This document shows positions 35,181 to 44,469 of a DNA stretch of 64,000 nucleotides, piece after piece. This DNA comes from a virus. Below the pieces are notes generated by a model. It saw only the letters and a list, made by a program, of their open reading frames with translations. It was not told the DNA's origin and did not search any database. Numbering within the stretch: the stretch's first letter is position 1; each line of letters opens with the position of its first letter. Made by a program: the position numbers and the translations under genes. Location: IMG/VR virus record IMGVR_UViG_3300010151_000007, positions 1 to 64,000 of that record; one strand, 5' to 3'.

Positions 35181-36512
35181 ATGAAGTTAACACATATTGC
35201 ATCTGCTACGACAATTGTAGAACACAACGGAGTCAAGATTCTCACGGATCCCTGGCTCATTGGTAAAGAGTTCTATGGTTCTTGGACCCACTATCCGCCA
35301 CTGAAGGTCGATTGGGATCTTGTCAACAGTGTAGACTATATTTATATCTCGCATATTCACCCGGATCATATGAGCCAAGCCACCTTAGCCATGATTGATC
35401 CGGATATTCCTGTTTTGATCCACAACTATGAGGCCAAGTTCGTCAAGAATAATCTTGAGCGATGGGGTCATGAAGTAATTGAGCTTAATCATGGGGAAAA
35501 GTTTGCTTGCGGAGGTGGTTTGAATATTCAAATCTTCGCCGCTGATAATTGCAATCCAGCATTATGTTACAAATTTTTTGGTTGTGGGAAAATGGAATCT
35601 AAAATGGGCTCTACAGGTATTGATACAATGGCTGTTTTTGAAAATAGTGAGAATGTTATTTTGAATATCAATGATTGCCCATATGATATAGCCCATGACA
35701 CTTTGGATTTGATTAAATCCGAATATTCAAAAATTGATCTTCTTTTAGTTGGTTACGCTGGCGCTGGTTCGTATCCACAGTGTTGGGATTATTCAGATGA
35801 AGATAAACTTGGTAAATACGGAAAGAAGAAAAAAACATATTTCCTTAATTCGGGAGTTAATATGATAAATCATGTGAACCCGGCTTACTACATGCCTTTT
35901 GCTGGAACATATACTTTAAACGGAAAGCATGCAACACTCGATAAATTCAGGGTGGTTCCTGAACTTCAAGATGCTCTCTCTTATTTTAAACACAACGATT
36001 GTCCCGGTCGTGGGGTGTTACTCAACCCTTGGGAACATTTTGAGTTAACTACTGGTTTGGTTTCCGCAGAATATGAACCGGTGGATTTAGTCGTTAAACA
36101 AAAATATATTGAAGAAACTCTTGTTCATTACAAATATACTTATGAAGATGATGAGCCGGTTGTTTTGTCTCAAATCACCGAACTGATCCCGGCTGCTTAT
36201 GAGGGATTCGAACGTAAAAGAAAGGAAATGAGGTTCTCAACAAAGACCAACGTTTATCTTTATCTTCCCGATGATAAAATGTTAAAGATTTCGATGTGTG
36301 GGAAGGGGTATGAATTGATTTCTCGAATTGATTTTAACGACGAGAAATATGTAACCTATAAAGTTGATGAAAAATTACTTTATCGTATATTGAAAGGTCC
36401 TCGTTTTGCCCATTGGAACAATGCTGAAATTGGTTCTCATATCATGTTTGCAAGAAAACCAGAAATCTATGAGCGTGCGTTGTATTTCTGCATGAATTAT
36501 TTCCACGCATGA
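35181..36512 (+). CDS. Metallo-beta-lactamase-fold protein resembling the catalytic region of CMP-Neu5Ac hydroxylase, without a Rieske domain
   Basis: DPWLIG..F...W.H.PP, IYISHIHPDH.S..TL, ILN.NDC, YAGAGSYP and YMPFAG.Y. Confidence 0.7.
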   Translation: MKLTHIASATTIVEHNGVKILTDPWLIGKEFYGSWTHYPPLKVDWDLVNSVDYIYISHIHPDHMSQATLAMIDPDIPVLIHNYEAKFVKNNLERWGHEVIELNHGEKFACGGGLNIQIFAADNCNPALCYKFFGCGKMESKMGSTGIDTMAVFENSENVILNINDCPYDIAHDTLDLIKSEYSKIDLLLVGYAGAGSYPQCWDYSDEDKLGKYGKKKKTYFLNSGVNMINHVNPAYYMPFAGTYTLNGKHATLDKFRVVPELQDALSYFKHNDCPGRGVLLNPWEHFELTTGLVSAEYEPVDLVVKQKYIEETLVHYKYTYEDDEPVVLSQITELIPAAYEGFERKRKEMRFSTKTNVYLYLPDDKMLKISMCGKGYELISRIDFNDEKYVTYKVDEKLLYRILKGPRFAHWNNAEIGSHIMFARKPEIYERALYFCMNYFHA

Positions 36513-36518
36513 GGTAAA

Positions 36519-37046
36519 ATGCTACAAGGTAAAAAGACGAGATTGGTTTCTGTAAAGAGGTGTAATCTTGAACGATTGCGAAACTGGCGAAATGAGCCAG
36601 AGCTACGCAAGTATTTCCGAGAATACCGCGAAATAAGCCCCGAAATGCAGGAAAAGTGGTTCCAGAAGATTCAGAACGACCCCGATCAGGTGAATTTCGA
36701 GATACGGACTGAATTTGGTACTAAGTTAATTGGTCATTGCGGTTTATACTACATTGACTGGCGTGCGCGCCATGCAGAGTTCGGTGTGTATATTGGCAAC
36801 AAGGAATTTCGTTCAGGTGGCTATGGTTCTGATGCATTGCGAACCCTGTTCAAATATGGTTTCAACGATTTGAATTTGAACAAGATTCATTGCGAAGTAT
36901 ATTCGAATAATGCTTCTTACGATGTATATCGCCATCTTGGCTTCAAAGACGAGGGTGTTTTGCGACAACACTATTTCAGCGAAGGACAATATTGGGATTC
37001 AAAAATGATGAGTCTATTGAGGGAAGAACATGAAAGTATGGAATAA
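36519..37046 (+). CDS. GNAT N-acetyltransferase (PseH/RimJ-like)
   Basis: WRN, IGHCGL..ID, AEFGVYIG, GYG, LNLNKI.CEV..NN and GFK.EG.LR. Confidence 0.85.
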   Translation: MLQGKKTRLVSVKRCNLERLRNWRNEPELRKYFREYREISPEMQEKWFQKIQNDPDQVNFEIRTEFGTKLIGHCGLYYIDWRARHAEFGVYIGNKEFRSGGYGSDALRTLFKYGFNDLNLNKIHCEVYSNNASYDVYRHLGFKDEGVLRQHYFSEGQYWDSKMMSLLREEHESME

Positions 37047-37998
37047 TTGCAGACTCTGTGAAGAAGAAACAATCGGCGGTCATCGAGCTACTGCTTATGA
37101 TATTTATCGTTCACAATTGAAGATGCAGGTTGAGAATGTGTGGTATGATCAGGAAACGAATGAGTGTTTTGGTTTGGATTACAATTATACAAACAGACCA
37201 GATTTAGCCGCTGTTTTAACTCCAAAGAATAGATTTCATCAATCAGAAAGATGGGGTAAAGAGTATGTTTCGACAAGGTATAACACTATCTTTAATTCTA
37301 CAATGGAATGTTCTGATGAAATGATTCTCATTAATCCACAATTGCTTGAGCAATTCGAAGGAAAGACAATTCTCATTGTTGGTGCAGGCCCCTCTGCAAA
37401 AGAGTGTGATTGGGAAAAAGAAGATTATGATACAATTTGGACGTGTAACCATTTTTTTAGATTTGACAGATTGGTGAAACGCGAAGATGTGTCTTTAATC
37501 AGTCTTGGGAGCGAAGTTGACTTGACAGAATCCAATAATGTGTTACATTTATATATGAGAAAGAATGATGACGTTCTTTTTGCATTTGATTGTGGAGCGA
37601 CCCGCCCGTTTATGCATATGTACGATTTTAACGACCAATATCATGGTCGCGGATTGTGCTATCATCCTAGATTCTTTGGTAAAGTTGGAACAATCACGAG
37701 GTTGATTTGTTTGGCGATTGCTGCAAAAGCAAAGAAAATCAAGTTTGTTGGAATGGATGGAGTTTTGAAAGATGGTCCAAACGTTAATATATTCGAACCC
37801 GGCAAACCTTTCACCGGCCCAAATAAATATTCATTGTTTAATCAACAGTATGTTATGTTTTGGGATTACGTGTTGAATACGTTGCAGCCGAATATAGAAT
37901 TTGAGAATCTTGGTGAATATCACGAATCGAATATAACTGCGGGAATTTCAAAGTTAGAATTTGAAACATATAATAAGAGAGTTAGAGAAAATGTTTAG
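37030..37998 (+). CDS. Maf/DUF115/GT42 (CstII-like) putative nonulosonate transferase
   Basis: GKTILIVGAGPS, IWTCNHF and AKKIKFVGMD. Confidence 0.65.
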   Translation: MKVWNNCRLCEEETIGGHRATAYDIYRSQLKMQVENVWYDQETNECFGLDYNYTNRPDLAAVLTPKNRFHQSERWGKEYVSTRYNTIFNSTMECSDEMILINPQLLEQFEGKTILIVGAGPSAKECDWEKEDYDTIWTCNHFFRFDRLVKREDVSLISLGSEVDLTESNNVLHLYMRKNDDVLFAFDCGATRPFMHMYDFNDQYHGRGLCYHPRFFGKVGTITRLICLAIAAKAKKIKFVGMDGVLKDGPNVNIFEPGKPFTGPNKYSLFNQQYVMFWDYVLNTLQPNIEFENLGEYHESNITAGISKLEFETYNKRVRENV

Positions 37999-38125
37999 TC
38001 CTTATGTGGACTCTTTAGAGTTGCCATTCTTTTTGGCAGAAATTGACTCTCACGTAATGTTTGCGAGAAAGCCAGAGATCTATGAACGTGCATTGAATTT
38101 CTGTATAAATTACTTCCACGTATGA
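37991..38125 (+). pseudogene. 44-codon ORF carrying a diverged copy of the last 29 residues of 35181..36512
   Basis: 38036-38125 matches 36423-36512 at 74/90 nt and 24/29 aa, including the TGA. Confidence 0.85.
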
Positions 38126-38133
38126 GAAATATA

Positions 38134-38970
38134 ATGACTTATATAATAGCTGAAATTGGAATTAATCATAATGGAGATTTAGAAACGGCGAAACGCCTAA
38201 TTGATGTAGCAGCCGCTTCCGGTTGTGATGCTGTCAAGTTTCAAAAAAGAAATCCCGACGTATGCGTGCCAGAACATCAAAAGGGGATTATGAGAGAAAC
38301 TCCTTGGGGCTGCATGACATATTTAGAATATAAATACAGAGTAGAATTTGGTAAGAAAGAATATGACGAAATTGATCGTTATTGTAGAACAAAAGAAATA
38401 GAATGGTCTGCTTCCCCATGGGATATTGATAGTTTAAATTTTTTGAAAGAATATGATTTACCATGGATAAAGGTACCTTCTGCTATGCTTACAAATGTTG
38501 AACTGTTGACTGCCGCGTTGGAGACAGAGAAAAAGTTGATAATTTCAACAGGTATGAGTACAAAACTAGAAATTCAACATACAGTTGATTACATTGTCAA
38601 ACGAAATCCAAATATAGAATTAGTTTTGCTTCATTGCAATTCAACATACCCCGCCCCATTAAAGGAACTGAATTTAAAATGTATTCAAACCCTTAAAGAA
38701 GATTATCCCTTTGCGGAAATAGGGTATAGCGGTCACGAATTTAGATTAGGCACTACGGTATCATCAATTTATTTAGGGGCAACATATCTAGAAAGACACA
38801 TCACGTTAGATAGAACTATGTGGGGTTCTGACCACCTTTCCTCTGTCGAACCACAAGGTTTGTTTAAATTAGTAAAAGGTGTTAGAGAACTAGAACTAGC
38901 CCTTGGTGACGGACAAATACAAGTGTATGATGGTGAAAAAGCAGCTAGGTTAAAGTTGAGAGGATATTGA
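38134..38970 (+). CDS. neuB: Second, short NeuB-family synthase lacking the SAF domain
   Basis: IIAEIGINHNG, DAVKFQKR, SPWD, LHCNSTYP, GYSGHE, ERHITLDR and GSDH. Confidence 0.9.
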   Translation: MTYIIAEIGINHNGDLETAKRLIDVAAASGCDAVKFQKRNPDVCVPEHQKGIMRETPWGCMTYLEYKYRVEFGKKEYDEIDRYCRTKEIEWSASPWDIDSLNFLKEYDLPWIKVPSAMLTNVELLTAALETEKKLIISTGMSTKLEIQHTVDYIVKRNPNIELVLLHCNSTYPAPLKELNLKCIQTLKEDYPFAEIGYSGHEFRLGTTVSSIYLGATYLERHITLDRTMWGSDHLSSVEPQGLFKLVKGVRELELALGDGQIQVYDGEKAARLKLRGY

Positions 38971-38977
38971 ATGTGTA

Positions 38978-39445
38978 ATGATTGCAAACAAGAGAAACGA
39001 TTGTTTTATAGGTCAGATAAGAATGAATAACAATACACCAGAAATAGAGGGTATCATGTTTGGAAGTTTGTTGGCACTGGGAAAAGAGCAAGATAAGCTC
39101 AACATGAAGATTGTCCCCAAAGGTTGGGGATATGAGAAATGGATTGTCAACAAAGAAGAATATTGTGGCAAGTTATTGCACTTTCATAAAGGTAAACAAT
39201 GTTCTTGGCATTTTCATAAAGTGAAAGATGAAGTCTTTTATGTTTTGTCTGGTTGTCTCCGTGTTACTTTCGCTGAACACGATGACATTGAAAATGCTTA
39301 TACGATGGAATTAGGTCCTGGCGAACGCTTTCACGTTCCAGTTGGCTTGAGGCACAGAATGTACGCACTTGAGGAAACTCAAATGTTTGAATTCTCAACG
39401 ACTCATTGGGATGAGGATTCGATAAGAATCGAGAAGGGGGATTGA
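38978..39445 (+). CDS. Cupin, sugar(-phosphate) isomerase-like (start may be 39104)
   Basis: VPKGWG.E.W, CSWHFHKVKDE.FYV, P.GLRHR and EFST.H. Confidence 0.75.
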   Translation: MIANKRNDCFIGQIRMNNNTPEIEGIMFGSLLALGKEQDKLNMKIVPKGWGYEKWIVNKEEYCGKLLHFHKGKQCSWHFHKVKDEVFYVLSGCLRVTFAEHDDIENAYTMELGPGERFHVPVGLRHRMYALEETQMFEFSTTHWDEDSIRIEKGD

Positions 39446-40201
39446 ATGAAAAAGATTGAAGACATTTGTGTAATCGTTCAAGGACGACTCTCCTCTGAAC
39501 GTTGCCCAAAAAAGATGATTAGACCATTTGCGGGCTCAAACTTGCTCGACAAGTGTTTGCGACTTCTCATGAAGTGCGAAGTTCTCCCCAAAGAGAATAT
39601 CTTCCTCTCTGTTCACGAACCCGAACTTCAGGAAATTGGAACAGATTTGGGGATCAATGTGTTTCCTCGTTCAGAAAAGTCTGCACTGTGGGATGGTGGC
39701 GAAGGTGCTCACCTTTGTGATATGTATGAATGGTGGGATAAACTTCCATTTAAGTACGTGGTATTAATTAACGCATGTACACCAATGATTAAGCCAGAAA
39801 CAATTGATGGTTTTTTGAATTACTATATGGAATCTGATTCTGATGGTTTGTTTGGTGTTATTGAAAAACAAAACTACTTTTGGAACCAATCTGGAAAGAT
39901 GATTTCAATTTGGCCAGAGTCGGAAACAGTGATGAATACTAAAGCTGTAGAAGCTACATATGAAGCTGCCCATTGCCTTTATGCTGGTCGCATGGACTTG
40001 ATCGGCGAAGGTATCTGGATGGGAGACTTTCAGAAAGAGGGTGATATTGAATTATACCCTATGGCTGAAGAAGAAATCTATGATATTGATTATGAGTGGC
40101 AATTTGGCTTAGTGGAAGCAATCTTCAAACACGTGTACCCTGAATGGTATTTAGAGGCTCCTGGATATATGTACGAGGATTGGAAAGATGATATGGTTTG
40201 A
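39446..40201 (+). CDS. neuA: CMP-nonulosonate synthetase (NeuA/PseF-like cytidylyltransferase)
   Basis: VQGRLSSERCPKKMIRPFAG, C.P and DIDYEWQF. Confidence 0.82.
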   Translation: MKKIEDICVIVQGRLSSERCPKKMIRPFAGSNLLDKCLRLLMKCEVLPKENIFLSVHEPELQEIGTDLGINVFPRSEKSALWDGGEGAHLCDMYEWWDKLPFKYVVLINACTPMIKPETIDGFLNYYMESDSDGLFGVIEKQNYFWNQSGKMISIWPESETVMNTKAVEATYEAAHCLYAGRMDLIGEGIWMGDFQKEGDIELYPMAEEEIYDIDYEWQFGLVEAIFKHVYPEWYLEAPGYMYEDWKDDMV

Positions 40202-41057
40202 TGATGAACGCTGTTTTCATGGCGGCACCGAAGAAATGTCAAGATATATTAGTGCTCTAGAGGAGAGAAAAACACAATATGGTGATTCTGTAGATTTGAA
40301 ATTGAAGGAAAAGCACTATGATGTTATACAAAATTTGAAACAAAAAGGGTTTCACATAATCCCTAATGTGTTTTCGGAAGAAACACTTGATACAATTCGG
40401 GCTGAAATGTCACAAAAACTGCAACGAGGTGAGGATCTTTGGAAAGGAATAACACTTCCGGAGGAATTTCTTAAATCTGTTGTACCATTTGTATCAATTG
40501 AACAACCTCTTTTCAATTGTCCGTCCGTCAAAGAGATTATATTTCACGATCTACTAGAAGAGATTGCAACTGTATATCTCAATTGTAAGCCTGCTGTTGG
40601 CACATTTAATCTTCGAAAAAGCTTTATAAATACTTTACCAGACCAAGAAACACAACTTTATCATTGTGACAAAAATAGCATTAAGTTAATGAAGTTTTTT
40701 GTTTATTTAAACGACGTTGGCCCCTACGGTGGTCCCTTGACTATTGTCGAAGGTAGTCATCGCTTAAAACCAGAGATTTGGGAATCTAAATATCGTTGGA
40801 CAGATAAGGAGGTAGAAGAAATGTATCCCGGCATGGTTCGTCATATTGAAGCTAAAGCGGGAGATTTGATTATTGGTATTACTACTGGTTTTCACAAAGG
40901 ATTGAAGCCTATCGCAAATGAAAGAAGCATGTTGACAGTTAATTACACGGTGCATCCAGAAAACTGGAAGCCTATCACTTTTAAGATGCGTCAGGCAGAT
41001 TATTTGGATTTACCGGAAAAAAAGAAACCTCTAACTGATTTTTTGAGGAAAGAATGA
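40188..41057 (+). CDS. PhyH-like Fe(II)/2-oxoglutarate dioxygenase
   Basis: YHCD, KFFVYLNDV...GP...V.GSH, AGD and FHKG...R. Confidence 0.85.
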   Translation: MIWFDDERCFHGGTEEMSRYISALEERKTQYGDSVDLKLKEKHYDVIQNLKQKGFHIIPNVFSEETLDTIRAEMSQKLQRGEDLWKGITLPEEFLKSVVPFVSIEQPLFNCPSVKEIIFHDLLEEIATVYLNCKPAVGTFNLRKSFINTLPDQETQLYHCDKNSIKLMKFFVYLNDVGPYGGPLTIVEGSHRLKPEIWESKYRWTDKEVEEMYPGMVRHIEAKAGDLIIGITTGFHKGLKPIANERSMLTVNYTVHPENWKPITFKMRQADYLDLPEKKKPLTDFLRKE

Positions 41058-41392
41058 TATATTTTGTTGACATTGATGAGACAATCTGTTATTATGAAAC
41101 AGAAGAGAAGATTTTTGTCGATGGTATTGAGACTAGAAATTACCTTTTGGCAAAACCTTGTAGAGAAAGAATTGTAAAAATTAATAAACTATACGAAGAA
41201 GGAAATAGTATTGTATATTGGACTGCTAGAGGCTCCATCACTGGTTTGGACTGGACGGCGCTAACAGGAGCACAATTGAAACACTGGGGTGCAAAACATC
41301 ATAAGCTAATATTGGGTAAGCCATATTATGATGTTTTCATCGACGACAAGAACATAAATTCAGATAGATTTTTTGGAGAAAATAATGAATAA
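41054..41392 (+). CDS. Small HAD phosphatase (capsule-biosynthesis type)
   Basis: VDIDETI, WTARG, GKP and FIDDK. Confidence 0.85.
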   Translation: MIYFVDIDETICYYETEEKIFVDGIETRNYLLAKPCRERIVKINKLYEEGNSIVYWTARGSITGLDWTALTGAQLKHWGAKHHKLILGKPYYDVFIDDKNINSDRFFGENNE

Positions 41393-41600
41393 CAGAGACA
41401 TGTTTTTACACGACCAAGCAATTGGTGCAGTTATGATGGCACTTCAGAAGTGCCTTTCAGAGCAATCGGATATTACAGATATCCTTAGAGCGATGAAGTT
41501 TAGATTATCGGATGAAGGTTTAATGGTATTGAACCCACCTGTTACTAAATTGAGTTTCAATCTGGAACAAGCAGATGAAGTAGAAGATGCCTCGGTATGA
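41385..41600 (+). CDS. Small hypothetical protein
   Basis: GGAG RBS; DQAIGAVMMALQK...VLNPP. Confidence 0.7.
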   Translation: MNNRDMFLHDQAIGAVMMALQKCLSEQSDITDILRAMKFRLSDEGLMVLNPPVTKLSFNLEQADEVEDASV

Positions 41601-41832
41601 TTATGAGTGTGGGGAATGCAAAAAGAAGGTAGAATTATTTCATTCGATGCATGAGACGATAAGCACTTGTCCTCTTTGTGGGGTTAGAGGGAAATTTCGC
41701 AAACACATTCCACAATTTTCCAAACTGGATCGAACTGGTCCACCTGTTGGGAGAATTGTGGATTCTCATATCCAGGAAGCAAAGAAAGAAATAGAAGAAC
41801 ACAAAAGAGAAATGAAAAAGGAAATGGAATAA
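41587..41832 (+). CDS. FmdB-type zinc-ribbon protein
   Basis: MPRYDYECGEC...CPLCG. Confidence 0.85.
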   Translation: MPRYDYECGECKKKVELFHSMHETISTCPLCGVRGKFRKHIPQFSKLDRTGPPVGRIVDSHIQEAKKEIEEHKREMKKEME

Positions 41833-42176
41833 TGGTTATCAACGGTTGGTTTGTACTTTTTGGCATTTCTTTAACTATCAACGCCGCTTTAGCATGGGTG
41901 CTCAAAACTACAATGGAAGATATCGCTGATCTAAGAGCGGTTGCATTTGATTTATATGAAGAGTGTTTCGATTTTGCACAACATCTGGAAGTCTTGTATA
42001 ACATGAATTCTTATCATGGTGATGAGGTTTTACACAATCTTGTTAAACACTCAAAAGCTTTGATGAACTCCTTCACCGAATACGGGGAAATAACCGAATA
42101 TTTGGAAGATCCTCTCGCCGACGACGAAGAATACGACGAAGAAAACGATTATGAAGAAGGAGGGGTCGTACAATGA
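41832..42176 (+). CDS. Membrane-anchored hypothetical protein
   Basis: N-terminal hydrophobic helix and acidic tail. Confidence 0.7.
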   Translation: MVINGWFVLFGISLTINAALAWVLKTTMEDIADLRAVAFDLYEECFDFAQHLEVLYNMNSYHGDEVLHNLVKHSKALMNSFTEYGEITEYLEDPLADDEEYDEENDYEEGGVVQ

Positions 42177-42880
42177 TGGCTAGACGACGAGTAATTCGCA
42201 GACGAAAAAAGGGCAGTAAGAACTATTTTACCAAAGATCATGAACAAGCGATTCTGGACTATTGCAAGACGGACTGCCAAAGAGAAAGAACGGAACTGTA
42301 TGCTAATTGGATTGGACCTGCCTTCGACGAGTTGGTTGACAAGATTGTTTTCACCTATAAGTTCACAACCTTACCGAATATCGATTATTTAAGAGACGAA
42401 TGCAAGATTTGGTTGATCACCATTCTGGACAAGTATGATGTAACCCGAGGCTCGAAAGCTTTCTCTTATTTCAGTGTCATCACGAAGAACTGGTTTATTC
42501 AGAAAGTTAAGAAACAGTCCAGACAAAATAAAACAGAAATTGAGATTTCACAATTACCCAAAGAATTGGAGCTAGAGCATATTTCAACAACCAATCAGTA
42601 TACCAATTTAAGAGAACATGCTGAATTTTTCACATTGTTACTGGGTGAAATAAATTCTTGGGAAGTTGAGAAGATGAAACCCAATGAGAAAAAAGTAGTT
42701 GATGCAATTAAAATCTTGTTCGATAGTCACGATGATATCGAGATTTTCAACAAAAAAGCTATTTACCTATACCTCCGAGAGATTACTGGATTGAACACCA
42801 AGCAGGTGGTGAATTCATTGAACAAAATACGGGCACGATACAAAGTGTTTAAGATCCGATGGGATCGAGGCGATATGTGA
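42173..42880 (+). CDS. Phage late sigma factor, T4 gp55-like
   Basis: KNYFT, region-2-like DECKIWL...KYD...KAFSYFSVITKN and a C-terminal HTH-like segment. Confidence 0.72.
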   Translation: MMARRRVIRRRKKGSKNYFTKDHEQAILDYCKTDCQRERTELYANWIGPAFDELVDKIVFTYKFTTLPNIDYLRDECKIWLITILDKYDVTRGSKAFSYFSVITKNWFIQKVKKQSRQNKTEIEISQLPKELELEHISTTNQYTNLREHAEFFTLLLGEINSWEVEKMKPNEKKVVDAIKILFDSHDDIEIFNKKAIYLYLREITGLNTKQVVNSLNKIRARYKVFKIRWDRGDM

Positions 42881-43189
42881 ATGAAGAAAACCCTTGAAGA
42901 AAATATGAACGAAGCACTGGACAGTATTGAAAAAGATCGCACATATGCCGAAGAACTTTTGAAAGACGTCATTAACGAGATTAGCAAAAGCGGTAATTCT
43001 CACCAATATATTGGTACTGTGGCTGCGAAATATTTGGAAACTATGCAGCGCTCTAATGAACAAAGGGTAAAACTTATCGCACTGCAATACAAGTCTGGTC
43101 CATCCCTTGAAGAAGATATAGAGTTCTCGGAGAAAGAAACTGATTCGATCTATGATCAACTCCAGAAGGAACAGGACGATGCCAAATGA
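42881..43189 (+). CDS. Small coiled-coil hypothetical protein
   Basis: 102 aa; KYLETMQRSNEQ.VKL. Confidence 0.7.
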   Translation: MKKTLEENMNEALDSIEKDRTYAEELLKDVINEISKSGNSHQYIGTVAAKYLETMQRSNEQRVKLIALQYKSGPSLEEDIEFSEKETDSIYDQLQKEQDDAK

Positions 43190-44450
43190 TATTGATTACG
43201 ATCTCCTATTAGGAGAAATGAACAATCTCACTGACTATGAGAGCGATCGTCCAACCATATATCCAGAGGATTTGGTCAATGATCCCCTTTCTGTTTACCG
43301 TCATGCTCTAAAGAAGATCGTAAAGCCAAACATATTAGCTGAATCAGGCCCATATAAAGCGATTTGTTTAAATTCGTTTTCTATCGCAGCCGATTCAGCT
43401 AATCGTTTTTCTTTGTTTGCTTTTGGTTTTACGGAAAAGGTAGTATATAAAAGGGTTGCTTGTTATGCTAGGATTCCAGAATTGCATTCAATCCTTCCAA
43501 ATCCATTTTCGATAAAAGATCCAGAAAAGAAGGCTGAAGCAATTCGTATGCACCCGGTTTTCATTAGCGAGCTTGCTGCGGAAGATCTGGGTGAAGGGGA
43601 ATTTCCAAACCCAGGGGCTGTCATCGAAGTTGATTTTGAGGATAGGAAGAACAGGAGGGTCGGCATTTATAAGCGCAAACTTGTAAGCAGCCCTACACCT
43701 GGAGTATCCAGCGGCCCAAAAAGTAGAAAATTCAAACCCGGTGACCAAATAGTCTCTCTTTCTACCGTCACTAATTTGGCGAGCGATAGCACTTCCACTT
43801 CTGTCGGCTCGTGCAACCCAAAACAAAAAACAATAGACTCTACAGTAAAAAGAAAGCCGTTAATTATCAAGGCTTGGGAGATGTTGAGCCCGTTTTTCCC
43901 TTCCAACGCAGTCATGACTTCAGGTTTTAGAAACCCTGGAGACCAAATTGCAACCATAGAAAAGCTCGCAAGAAATAACGGCGTAATTGGTGCAGAATAT
44001 CCAACATGGCGAGAAAAGCGAAAAGAACTAAGGGCCAGAGGGTTTCTAATTGCAGATCCCAACACTCCCCAAACCAGCGGCCATTATGTCGGAAACACAT
44101 TCGATGTGTCTGGGAACGGCATTAGGTCTTTATCCGAGTCGGAAAGAAGGGATTGGTTATTAAGGGTCGCCGAGATTTCTCAACTTCTTTCTGAAGATGA
44201 ATTTTTTCCCGTTAAATTAATAACAATACTTGTCGAATATACAAATAACGCAGTACATATAGAGATCGAAAGTGCCGAAGTAGACCAACTCATACTCATG
44301 GATCGGTTTATGGAATTAAATCCGAATTGTGATTCTTCCAGAGTACAATCCGCGATCGATGACACTGCTTTGGATATTTCTTTAATGGAAAGTGATCTGC
44401 CAGAAGAACCAGAGGTGGTTGAATTACATGACGCCGATGCAAAAATATGA
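43179..44450 (+). CDS. Probable baseplate hub protein with a C-terminal M15-type Zn peptidase domain
   Basis: N-terminal ARIPELH...P.PG.VI.V.F; TSGFR...Q, SGH..G..FD and VHIE motifs. Located at the start of the baseplate cluster. Confidence 0.65.
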   Translation: MPNDIDYDLLLGEMNNLTDYESDRPTIYPEDLVNDPLSVYRHALKKIVKPNILAESGPYKAICLNSFSIAADSANRFSLFAFGFTEKVVYKRVACYARIPELHSILPNPFSIKDPEKKAEAIRMHPVFISELAAEDLGEGEFPNPGAVIEVDFEDRKNRRVGIYKRKLVSSPTPGVSSGPKSRKFKPGDQIVSLSTVTNLASDSTSTSVGSCNPKQKTIDSTVKRKPLIIKAWEMLSPFFPSNAVMTSGFRNPGDQIATIEKLARNNGVIGAEYPTWREKRKELRARGFLIADPNTPQTSGHYVGNTFDVSGNGIRSLSESERRDWLLRVAEISQLLSEDEFFPVKLITILVEYTNNAVHIEIESAEVDQLILMDRFMELNPNCDSSRVQSAIDDTALDISLMESDLPEEPEVVELHDADAKI

Positions 44451-44469
44451 TTAAAAAAAGAGAGGGGTA

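Noticed and set aside
36423-38125. Template/variable repeat pair of a diversity-generating retroelement
   Set aside because: Only 7 of 16 mismatches have A in the second copy and 4 in the first. Most changes are synonymous, and no reverse transcriptase is in the window.
42881-43189. Terminase small subunit
   Set aside because: Size and coiled-coil character fit, but there is no diagnostic motif and no large subunit nearby.
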